From positions 96,001-160,000 of the forward strand of contig CAVXTH010000009.1 in NCBI GenBank assembly GCA_963764625.1: a DNA stretch of 64,000 nucleotides, in the 5' to 3' direction. Made by a program: the position numbers and the translations under genes. Shown piece by piece: positions 1 through 9,130 of the stretch (positions within the stretch are counted from its first letter, which is position 1; the number at the start of each line of letters is the position of its first letter). The notes beneath the pieces were generated by a model. The model was not told where the DNA came from and did no database searches. It saw only the letters and a list, made by a program, of their open reading frames with translations. The stretch is from Candidatus Krumholzibacteriota bacterium (GTDB lineage Bacteria > Krumholzibacteriota > Krumholzibacteriia > JAJRXK01).

Positions 1-1362
1 AGTATCGACCACAGTGCTTCCTTTCAGAGAGAGCTGGACCTGGGCGTCTCCCTGAAGCACCAGGGTGTTGAGATAATCCTGCGCTAGAGCCGTCCCATCT
101 TGGTTGACCTGAAAGGAGAGGCGTCGACCCAGGAGCTGATTGTCCGGTCCGAGTGTGCCTCGGTCGTTGATCGTGACGAGGAAACCATCCCAACGATCGA
201 AGTCGGGGTGGTACTGCACCACCTGATCGTTCACGTCGAAGCCCAGGTAGAGTTCGTTGCCCTTGAAAAACATCTTCACTGTCGCGTCGCCGGGATCCAA
301 GACGAAGGCGGTGCCGCCATTTACCGTTGGCTGAAATTGACCGGCACGAGCGGCAGCGACGCCTGGGTAGGAATCGCGCAAAGTCTGGTCCCCATAGCGC
401 AAGTCAATATTCAGGACCTTGGCGTCGTTCCACTCGGGTTCATCAAGAACTCCATCGATGACCGGCGATGCCGAAGGAATCTCGTTGATCACAAATTCGG
501 AATCGATGGGCGGGACGGGCCCCGAACTGGTCGTGACGTCGGGCCGGGCATAGATACGAACCTCGTTGTACCAGGTCGCGTTGCCCCACGGTGACTGCCA
601 CCACACACGGTTCACGGTGAAGAGCGCAGAGCTGATCGGCCAGAAATAGTCGCAGTCGTAGATGGAGATTCCCCATTCGAGAATGTCGCCGGCGGGCTTC
701 GTGACGTCATAGCCCATGGGGGTGAGATTGAAGCGCATCTCGACCGTATAGCTTTGGTCAGGAGTGGAGTCGTCATTGCTGAGACCGTCGACGACGGTCG
801 CCGCGTCCCAGGCGTCGATCTGAGTCGGAGTGCGGGGTGTTCCGGGAGGATATTCCGCCCAGCTTCCCACAAAGCCCGGAGCTTGTCCGGCGGGCTGCGG
901 GTCCGGTTCCAGCGGATTATCTGGGTGCCACCAAGAGTAGAAGTACTCGGCGGTTGGTTTCGGGGCTGCGGTGAGATACGAGTGATCTTTGAGCGACATC
1001 AGGAGCCCGTCGAAGCGGTTGAACTCCGCGGATCCTCCGATGGATTTATCGGGAATGAACGCCCCCAGATACAGCTGGTTGTCTTTGATCAGGAACTTGA
1101 GGGTGGCGTTCGTGGGGTCAGTACTGGTGAGATGACCGCTTTCCACTTTCCAACCGCTCCCCGGAATGCCGGCGTCCTGCGCCCACTGCAGAGTCATGGT
1201 CTCCGCATTCGCCCAGGCGGGTTCGTCCAAAACACCGTCCAGGGTGATCGCGTCCGTCGTGGTCCTCGCCCAGATGGCATCCGACCGAGGGGTGTCTGCG
1301 TGTGCGGGGAGAACGAGGGCTAGGCTCAGGACTAACAAGGCTAGAAGAATCGTTCGTTTCAT
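1..1362 (-). CDS. Secreted protein with tandem CBM9/DOMON-like sugar-binding domains (runs off the left edge; absent from the ORF track)
   Basis: Manual translation from ATG at 1362 (GGGAGG upstream) gives MKRTILLALLVLSLALVLPAHA-DTPRS..., open to position 1. It contains two copies of a CBM9-like signature (ITLDGVLDEPAW and PVIDGVLDEPEW), each followed by a 'LYLG' strand. Confidence 0.75.
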   Translation of the reverse strand, partial: MKRTILLALLVLSLALVLPAHADTPRSDAIWARTTTDAITLDGVLDEPAWANAETMTLQWAQDAGIPGSGWKVESGHLTSTDPTNATLKFLIKDNQLYLGAFIPDKSIGGSAEFNRFDGLLMSLKDHSYLTAAPKPTAEYFYSWWHPDNPLEPDPQPAGQAPGFVGSWAEYPPGTPRTPTQIDAWDAATVVDGLSNDDSTPDQSYTVEMRFNLTPMGYDVTKPAGDILEWGISIYDCDYFWPISSALFTVNRVWWQSPWGNATWYNEVRIYARPDVTTSSGPVPPIDSEFVINEIPSASPVIDGVLDEPEWNDAKVLNIDLRYGDQTLRDSYPGVAAARAGQFQPTVNGGTAFVLDPGDATVKMFFKGNELYLGFDVNDQVVQYHPDFDRWDGFLVTINDRGTLGPDNQLLGRRLSFQVNQDGTALAQDYLNTLVLQGDAQVQLSLKGSTVVDT

Positions 1363-1400
1363 GACTGGGGCCTCCCGATGAAGCTGGTAATTCATGGAGT

Positions 1401-2459
1401 TCATCCTGCCGCAAACCTCGTATCCGAGTCTTTGGGGCGCAGCCAAGCCTGTTCCCATTCTGCGCTGGTACCGCAGGACTTGCGGATCACCAGGGGGGCA
1501 GGTAGGACTTCGTTGACTACACCGGTTCGCTCAGGGTTTTGGATCGAAGCAATGAGGAGATCAACCGCCCGCTCTCCCATTCCGAAGGCATCGACCTGGA
1601 CAGTTGTGAGGGCGGGAGTGATGAATTGGGCGATGGAAATGTCGTCGAAGCCGACAATCGCGATATCACCCGGAATCTCGACACCGGCGCCTTTGAGCGC
1701 GCTCAGCGCACCGATTGCCATTGAGTCGTTGGCGGCAAAGATGGAGTCGGGCAGTTTGTCCATTCGCAGCAACTGGGTGGCTGCGCGGAACCCTGAAATC
1801 TCCGTGAAGTCGCCCTCGAGTTCCAATCTCGCCTCGGGCTCGATTCCCTGGTCGAGTACGGCTTTCTGGTATCCGCGCAGGCGCTCTTCGGCGTCAACGT
1901 TGCTCGCGGGTCCCTTGATGATGGCTATGGATTCATGCCCGAGGCCCAGCAGATGCTGAACCAGGGCGTGTGCGCCATCGTAATTGGGAACCATTACCGA
2001 ACTGCATCCCGGCACATCCGCGCCCGGATTCAAGAGCACGGTGGGAAACCTCTTGGAGATCCGCAGCAGCGCATCTGACGAATCACGGTGGGGTGCCATG
2101 ATGATGAGGCCCTCCGCCCGACCGAGCATGGATCGGGCGGTACCGAGGATCGTCTCGGGCTCGCTGTGCGAGCTCGACATGAGAATCTGAAAGTCCTGTT
2201 TCCGCGCCGTCTGGTCGACGCCTCGAATCAACTCCGAATAGAACTCCCCGTAGAGGTCGGGGAGCAGAATGCCGATAGTGTGGGCTTTACGAGTGGTCAG
2301 GCTGCGCGCGGCCGTATTGGGCCAGTAGTCGAGTTCGGTGGCAGCGTCCCAGACCCTGCGGCGTGTCTCTTCACTCACCCGGTTGCTGCCATTCAGAACC
2401 CGCGAAACCGTCGCGATCGACACCCCAGCAATTCGAGCCACGTCGCGGATGGTAGACAT
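1401..2459 (-). CDS. LacI-family transcriptional regulator
   Basis: N-terminal HTH TIRDVARIAGVSIATVSRVLN, hinge YWPNTAARSL, C-terminal IVGFDDI...PALTTV. Confidence 0.97.
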   Translation of the reverse strand: MSTIRDVARIAGVSIATVSRVLNGSNRVSEETRRRVWDAATELDYWPNTAARSLTTRKAHTIGILLPDLYGEFYSELIRGVDQTARKQDFQILMSSSHSEPETILGTARSMLGRAEGLIIMAPHRDSSDALLRISKRFPTVLLNPGADVPGCSSVMVPNYDGAHALVQHLLGLGHESIAIIKGPASNVDAEERLRGYQKAVLDQGIEPEARLELEGDFTEISGFRAATQLLRMDKLPDSIFAANDSMAIGALSALKGAGVEIPGDIAIVGFDDISIAQFITPALTTVQVDAFGMGERAVDLLIASIQNPERTGVVNEVLPAPLVIRKSCGTSAEWEQAWLRPKDSDTRFAAG

Positions 2460-2552
2460 GGTGACGAGTCTTTCAGTGCATGGTCCAGCGAACTGCCCTA
2501 GGCCAGCTTGGCTTCGAAGGCAGTTCTTGACTCAAACGCCTTAATCGAGCCA

Positions 2553-2566
2553 TGTAAACGGTTGCA
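2553..2566. promoter_or_regulatory. LacI-type operator upstream of the lacI-family gene
   Basis: TGTAAACGGTTGCA, an imperfect palindrome with central CG. A minus-strand TTGACA lies at 2582-2587. A near-identical site occurs at 9047. Confidence 0.7.
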
Positions 2567-2687
2567 CGCCAGGCTAGCGCCTGTCAAGGGCCTTGCCTGG
2601 GCATGAGTCCCTCGCGGACTCTAAAGTGGCCCGAAGAGCCGTAAAACACACCGGCTAGGACCGGAACCAGGCTACCGCCCAGCCGTT

Positions 2688-5600
2688 TCAGCGTTTCCAG
2701 ATCAATGTGGCCGGAAGCTCGTGGATCACAACTCCTGGCCCCTGGGACTCGGGCTGCCACTCGGTGCCTTGGCTCCGCTGAGGGCGCTCTAGGGGTTGAG
2801 AAAGAGGAGGGCGGACGATGATCCCACCCGGTGGGATTCGGTCGAGGCCGCTTAGCCGCACCCTGAGGCCCTGGGGTGTGAGATGCATGCGCAGATCGAG
2901 AATGCCGTAACCAGTCGAGAGACCCTGCACGCTCACCCCGGGTTCCTCTTCCAACCAAGCCCGGGGAATGCCCGCTCCCACGACCAAGGTCTGCGCGCGG
3001 TCATCTTCGTACGCGAAGAGATCCAGGATCGAACGGATGTAGTCGGAGCCAACCCAGGTGTGGGGAAGATCTCCGAGGAAATGAGGCTGACGATCCTCTC
3101 GGAACACCACTTCGGGCCACTGGTGCCAGCCGGCGGGCTTCTGTTGCGAAAGGAAAAACGTGAGCAGTTCTTGCGCGCGATTCCTCCAGCCCAAGCGTAC
3201 GAAAGCACCGACGTTGCGAATCTCATAGGGAGTGAATGCTGTCCAGTCAGCTGTTTCTTGCCGGAGCTTGAAGAATTCGTAATAACGTTGAAAGGTGTTC
3301 TTCAGCTCGCTCGCCGGAAGAAGATCCGCGGCGCCGGTAGGCGCAAAGGCGATCGCTGTAGAAGTTGCATCGAAATCACCCAGATCAGCGCAGCCCGGAA
3401 CATAGTCTATCGAGTGCGCCTGAATCGCGGCCTTCACGCTGCTGGCCAGATCTTTGGAAAATGCTCTCAGGATGGTTTCGTAGCGCGCCTGAACCTCTTT
3501 CTCCTGAAGCTCACCCGCCAGATAGACCGCGTCTTTGAAGCCCAGCAGTGCGAAGAAATCGTCCCAGTAGGAATGCATGGGCTTGGCCGAATAGCCTTCG
3601 TGACTGATGGATGGGGGAGAATGCCCCTCATGGCCTTGTCGGCTTCGGTGGTCGATTGCGGGCCGAGATTCTCGTGACGCAGGGAGTCCAAATAGGCGAC
3701 GGCGGAGCGGACCCGAGGCCACATTTCGCGGGCGAGATCCAGGTCCCGCGTGTGACGATAGTACTCTGCGACAAGATGGATGAACTCACCGTTGCTGTCG
3801 TGTTCTGGGACTGGATCGGCGCCGCGGTAATCGACAACGCACGGGACCTTGCCGTTTCCGTACTGGAAATTTGCGTACCATCGAAGAAATGCGCGCACAA
3901 CATCGGCTCGGCCGAGGCGAAGCAATGCGCTAGAGGTGAGCGCACCATCCCGGATCCAGGATCGGGCGTACGAACGCGAACCCGGTTGAATGGCGGGTCC
4001 GTCACGGTTCACCAGTATGTACGCAAGTTGGGCGTAGAGACTCTGCTCGATCGACTTGGCAGATTCGGGTAAATGCACGCTCACGGTTCGCGTGGCTTTT
4101 CGCCAGTTGGCGAGCGAGGCCTCGAATTGGGCTGCGGTCCAGCTCGCCACAGACTGGGCAGGTGGAGCGCCATCTCTCGCGATGCTCGGGGCTTTGTAGG
4201 AAGGGGACTGTGGAATCAGGACTTGCACCTGCGCCGACTTTCCCGCGGGAACCTCAAGGGCGTAGGAGAGAGCTCCTGAGGCAGCTCCGAAGGAGTCTTC
4301 CACCCGATGCGCGCTTGGTAGTGATCCATGTTGAAGGAAATCGACGACGATATCGCCGGCATCGAATCCAAGACATCCGAACGCGGAGCCGGGAGTGAGA
4401 GAGATCACCTGATCCCGTCCATTGACGAGGATGATGGACGAGCGTTTCTCCAGGGACTCTAGAGTCGCGGTTCCGCCCGCGCGATTGAGAGTCTGCGAGG
4501 GAGGATCCACTTGGAACGGCCGAATCGCGAGATAGAGGGTCAGAGCGCGATCTTTGCCGCTCCGATTCTCCACGCTGTACCGCGCCAAGAGAGCGGATGA
4601 ATCAGGACGGCCCACCGCGAAGGCCTGGATGCGTAGACTTAGATCTCCCTCTGTCCAGCTTACCGATGGGATGGGGACGCCCTCCTCCGCCAGACTCTGC
4701 TCAGTCTCTACGTCGGCCCAGCTGATGAGCCGATCGCGGACGAACAGGAATGGCTCTACCGAAAATGATCCCTGCCGCAACTCCAAGGCCCCATCCTTGC
4801 TCAATAGGCCCTCGGCCGCGCCACCGTCCAAGCCAACCAAAGTCCAGTAGCTCTGTTCACCGCTGAATCCACGGGGATAAAAGCCGCGGGAACTTCCCGA
4901 CGCAATGTGTTCGAAGAGTTGCTCTCGCGATTGGGCCCATTCCACCGCCTGGATCCTCAGTTCCGCAAGTTGAATCTCGGTCGGGACCGGGTCCGCTCCG
5001 AATCGGAAGCGGACGTAGCGGGCTTCGGATTCGGGGAGATACAGGAGATCTCTGGGGCCAGCACCGTCAGCGACCGTTCGCAACTCGCTGAAGTTCAGGG
5101 AATCAAATGAGGCTTCCACCCGATACTCACGAGCCCCGGATCGGAGCTTCCAGTCCAGGATCAGCGCGCTGAATTCTCGGGCTCGGGAGAAGTCGACCAG
5201 AAGCCAAGGTGACAGATCGTCTTCGCGCGGAGACCAGTAGGAATCGGGATCAGCGTCCACGCACCGCGAGGCCTCGTGACCACGCCGCGAGGAGGATGAG
5301 GTGACGATGGGGTCTGCGGGTGGGGAACCCTCGGGGGGAAGGGGCACAAGCTCGAGCTGGTCGATCCATATCCGTCCCTCGCCGCCGGAACCGGCGGTGA
5401 CGGCGAACTCCAATGCAGCGGCATGGTCGAGATCTCCTCCTTTGCGAGGACCCCAGGCAAAGCTGATCTGTCGTTTCTTGATCCTGACCTGCTTCCACTC
5501 TCCAGAGAACACCACGTTCCGGCGTCACGTTCCACCATACATTCTCATTACTCGCATCGATCAATTTGAACTCGATGCTGTTGCTAGGAGCCTTCCCTTT

Positions 5601-5870
5601 CATCCAGAAGCGGAATTCGTAGTTGCCCTTCAAGGGGAGGTCGAGCTCGCGCCTGGCGATTGCATACCCCCCACCGGTGAAATGAAAATCCAGACGGATC
5701 GCCCGGCCGATTTTTCCCTTGTCCGAGACGAGCTCGAGCTGAACGCCGTCCGCTGGATGCGCGCTCCAGGCATCTATGGATTCGAAATCATCCACGAGCA
5801 CGCCATGAGCCGCACGCGCGCTCAGCACGAGGGAGAGGCTCATCAAGAATCCGATGATCAGATGTCTCAA
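2688..5870 (-). CDS. Secreted multidomain carbohydrate-active enzyme: CBM11/CIA30-like + F5/8 type C (discoidin) + six-hairpin glycosidase-like domain; two apparent frameshifts
   Basis: ORFs 5250-5870, 3467-5515 and 2688-3722 join into one ~1060 aa protein. Junctions: NVWWNV/RRNVVFSGEW near 5525 and GILP/PSISHEGYSAKPMHSYWD near 3615. It has a signal peptide and the motifs RSYARSWIRDG and GDLPHTWVGSDY. Confidence 0.75.
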
Positions 5871-5874
5871 TTCC

Positions 5875-6699
5875 TCACCCTTTCAGACTGCCCGAGAGAA
5901 TGCTCCGCACATAGGTTCGCTGAAAGAGAAGGAAGACGATGAGAGCGGGAAGAATGGCAACGACCGAGCCTGCCATCATCAATTCGGTGTCTTGAACGTG
6001 TTCGCCGGCGAGACTGGCCAGCGCTACGGGGAGCGTGAACTTCGAGTTGTCACTGAGTACGATGAGCGGCCACATGAAGTCGTTCCAGGTGTTGAGAAAG
6101 GTGAAAGTGGCAAGGGTTACGATGACGGGTCGAATGATCGGCACTACGATCGTCCAGAAAATCCTGAATTCCCCTGCGCCATCGATTCGGGCTGCATCGA
6201 GCAGGTCGTCCGGGACACTCAGCATGTACTGCCGTATGAGAAAGATGCCGAAGATATTCGCCATGTAGGGGATTAGAACGCCCATGTAGCTGTTGACGAG
6301 TCCCATCTCCCGCAGCGCGAGAAAGAGCGGCAACATGCCGACCTGCGCCGGAATCACCAAGGCGGAAATGAGGGAGCGGAAAAGCGGATCACGGCCTTTG
6401 AAACTCAATTTGGCGAAGGCATACCCGGCCATCGAATTCACGAATAGCGAGATCACCGTTGCCATCGTCGTGATAAAGGTGCTGTTGAGAAGGCTGCGGG
6501 CGATGTTCAAACGCGTAAAGAGCACATGGTAGTTCTCTAGCGTGGGAGTCACGGGCAGAAAGTGCGGAGGGATGCTATTGGCTTCACCCGGCGACATGAG
6601 TGAAGCGGAGAGCATCCACACCAGAGGCGTCATCGTGACTGTCGCACCCAGAACGAGGCCCAGGTTGATAAAGAGGGTGTGGAAGCGTCTCGGTATCAC
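5875..6699 (-). CDS. Carbohydrate ABC transporter permease (MalG-like)
   Basis: EAA-loop DLLDAARIDGAGE and WNDFMWPL. The GTG start overlaps the upstream stop. Confidence 0.95.
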   Translation of the reverse strand: MIPRRFHTLFINLGLVLGATVTMTPLVWMLSASLMSPGEANSIPPHFLPVTPTLENYHVLFTRLNIARSLLNSTFITTMATVISLFVNSMAGYAFAKLSFKGRDPLFRSLISALVIPAQVGMLPLFLALREMGLVNSYMGVLIPYMANIFGIFLIRQYMLSVPDDLLDAARIDGAGEFRIFWTIVVPIIRPVIVTLATFTFLNTWNDFMWPLIVLSDNSKFTLPVALASLAGEHVQDTELMMAGSVVAILPALIVFLLFQRTYVRSILSGSLKG

Positions 6700-7589
6700 T
6701 TTCGCTCCCTCTGTAGCCTGAGCTGAACCATGGTGGCCAAGAGCGTGACGATGAGCAGGAGAACCGCGATGGTGGAGGAGATTCCCATGCGCCACCAACG
6801 GAAGCCCTCTTCGTACATCAGCAGAACGACACTCCGGGTCGCTCCCAACGGACCGCCCTGGGTCATGACATAGGGTTCGGCGAAGAGTTGGAAATAACCG
6901 ATCATCGTCGTCACCCCAACAAAAAGGAGGGTTGGCCGCAGACTGGGCAGCGTCACGAAGCGGAAGCACCACCAGGGACCGGCCCCGTCGATGGAGGCCG
7001 CTTCATAGAGTTCTTCGGGGATGGTTTGCAAGCCGGCCAGGAAGATGAGCATGTTGTACCCGAAGTTTTTCCAGACTGCCAAAAGGATGATCGCGGGCAT
7101 TGCCCAGTGCGGATCGCCCAGCCAGTCGATGGCCCCAATTCCCAGCCACTGCAGCGCCTGGTTGAGGAGCCCATACTGCGGATGATAGAGGTATCTCCAG
7201 ATGATGGAGACAGCGACCAGGGAGGTCACCACTGGAGCAAAGTAGATCGTCCGGAACAACCATCTCATGCGCACCAGTTTTGAGTGCAAGGTCAGCGCCG
7301 CAGCGAGCGACACCGAGACCGCTAAGGGTCCCCCCACCACGACGAAGTACAGGGTATTTCGCAGTGCCTGCCAGAAGACATGATTGTGCAACATCTCCAA
7401 GTAGTTTTGCAGGCCGACGAATCTCGCATTACCGATGGAAGCCAGCGCGTAAATATCGAAGTCGGTGAGGCTCAGCAAAAGACCGAAAGCTACCGGCAAC
7501 ACGAAAAATACACAGATCAACAAAATGGCGGGTGCGAGGAAGAGCCAAGCGGATCGAGACTGCTGCTTCTGGAGGTAACCCGCCATCAT
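6696..7589 (-). CDS. Carbohydrate ABC transporter permease (MalF-like)
   Basis: EAA-loop ELYEAASIDGAG, multiple transmembrane segments, start coupled to the SBP stop. Confidence 0.95.
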   Translation of the reverse strand: MMAGYLQKQQSRSAWLFLAPAILLICVFFVLPVAFGLLLSLTDFDIYALASIGNARFVGLQNYLEMLHNHVFWQALRNTLYFVVVGGPLAVSVSLAAALTLHSKLVRMRWLFRTIYFAPVVTSLVAVSIIWRYLYHPQYGLLNQALQWLGIGAIDWLGDPHWAMPAIILLAVWKNFGYNMLIFLAGLQTIPEELYEAASIDGAGPWWCFRFVTLPSLRPTLLFVGVTTMIGYFQLFAEPYVMTQGGPLGATRSVVLLMYEEGFRWWRMGISSTIAVLLLIVTLLATMVQLRLQRERK

Positions 7590-8983
7590 CTTCCCTGGAG
7601 TGCATGGGGAGACGATGTGCCCGGTCGATTTCGCAGCCATCGTCGTTTCTGCAGGATACGATCCACCTCGCGGTCGAGTTCAACCAGTGCCGAATCCGGT
7701 TCGGTCACTCCGCGGATCGCTTTCTCGGCATATTCCTGTACTCGTACCGCAATCAGCTCCCATTCGGGCACTGCCGGTAGGGGGATTGCTCTGTGGAGTT
7801 GGATCCAAAAGGCCCTGGTTTTCTCTCCTTCGGCCAGGCCGCCGTCCTTCCATGCTTCCAGTTTTGCCGGAAGATCACCGCTGAGCTCGTAGAAGCGCAA
7901 CTGGTTTTCGGGCCTCGAGAGGAACTCCACGAGCTTCCACGCGGCATCGCCATGACGGGATCTCTTGAAGACAACGAGACTGGCGCCGCCGGCCAAAGAT
8001 ACTCCGGGATGGCCGGGCGATGGACCTGGGAGGGGGGCCGTACCCCAGGCGTCCTGCAGCTCCTCGGGTAATCGATGTTGGAACTCGGATAGATTCCAAG
8101 GTCCCGTGATGTACATGGCGAAGAGACCCTTCGCGAATTCTTGGTAGAGATTCGCGATCTCATTGTTACCGACTGGTGGAGCGAGGCCCCGTTCGAAAAT
8201 ATCGTAATAGAAGTGGAAGGCATCGCGGAAACGCGGGGCAGAAAAAGCTCCCCGGGTGAAGTCGTCGACCAAGAGCGGCGACCCCTCTTGCAGACCGAAG
8301 ATCACAGCCTGCGTCCATTCGTTCAGAGGCAGGAAGATCGCGTAGCGATCGGGTCCCACGGAGTTGCGGACCGCTTCCATCGCCTTGATCCATCCGGCCC
8401 AATCACCAGGCATGGAATCAAAACCAGCCTGGGCCAGGACGTCCTTTCGGTAAAACAGAAGTCGGGTATCCACGTACCATGGAACTCCCCATGTCACTCC
8501 GTCGATGACGTTTGTGCGCCAGATGCCTTCGAAGTAGTCATGGGGAGCGATCCCGGGCGTTGTAGCAATATGTGAGTCCAATTCTTCCAAAGCGCCCAGA
8601 GCGGCGAACTCGGCAATCCACGTATTTCCGAGCTGCGCCAGATCAGGGGTCGCGCGGCCCACAAAGGCGGTGAGAAGTTTCTCGTGCGCTGCGGACCACG
8701 GAATCTGTTGAACGTCCACCTCGATCCCTGGGTTATCCTTCTCGAAGATTGCGACCAATTCTTGGACCAGTTCGCCCTCACGCCCCATCACCCAGAAACG
8801 AAGCCTGGTCGTGGGCGACGATGTCGAGCTCCCGCACCCGAGTGCGAGAAACAGTACTATTGCGGACAGCCCCAAGGAGAGGAATCGGCGGCGCGAGCCG
8901 ATCTTCCCGTACCCGATTGAGGGTAATCTGGGCAAAAAAATCACCGAGCCCTGAGGGCCTGGAGCGAGGACGACAGCTACCAT
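7586..8983 (-). CDS. Sugar ABC transporter substrate-binding lipoprotein (start uncertain)
   Basis: Lipobox LALGC and SBP family-1 motifs GVPWYVDTRLLFYRKD and AMYITGPW. Confidence 0.92.
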   Translation of the reverse strand: MVAVVLAPGPQGSVIFLPRLPSIGYGKIGSRRRFLSLGLSAIVLFLALGCGSSTSSPTTRLRFWVMGREGELVQELVAIFEKDNPGIEVDVQQIPWSAAHEKLLTAFVGRATPDLAQLGNTWIAEFAALGALEELDSHIATTPGIAPHDYFEGIWRTNVIDGVTWGVPWYVDTRLLFYRKDVLAQAGFDSMPGDWAGWIKAMEAVRNSVGPDRYAIFLPLNEWTQAVIFGLQEGSPLLVDDFTRGAFSAPRFRDAFHFYYDIFERGLAPPVGNNEIANLYQEFAKGLFAMYITGPWNLSEFQHRLPEELQDAWGTAPLPGPSPGHPGVSLAGGASLVVFKRSRHGDAAWKLVEFLSRPENQLRFYELSGDLPAKLEAWKDGGLAEGEKTRAFWIQLHRAIPLPAVPEWELIAVRVQEYAEKAIRGVTEPDSALVELDREVDRILQKRRWLRNRPGTSSPHALQGR

Positions 8984-9046
8984 GGCGGCGCATCCGAGAG
9001 CAATGACCGAGGATGGCCAGCGGAACTAATGGCTGCCAGAGGCGCG

Positions 9047-9060
9047 TGTAAACAGTTACA
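9047..9060. promoter_or_regulatory. LacI-type operator between the divergent ABC operon and the GH94 gene
   Basis: (G)TGTAAACAGTTACA(C) near-perfect palindrome, with minus-strand TTGACA at 9075-9080. Confidence 0.75.
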
Positions 9061-9130
9061 CTACTGCAATTGCTTGTCAAGACGGTGGCAAGCCCGGTGT
9101 CCCCAGACCGAATCATGGCGGGAGAACTGG

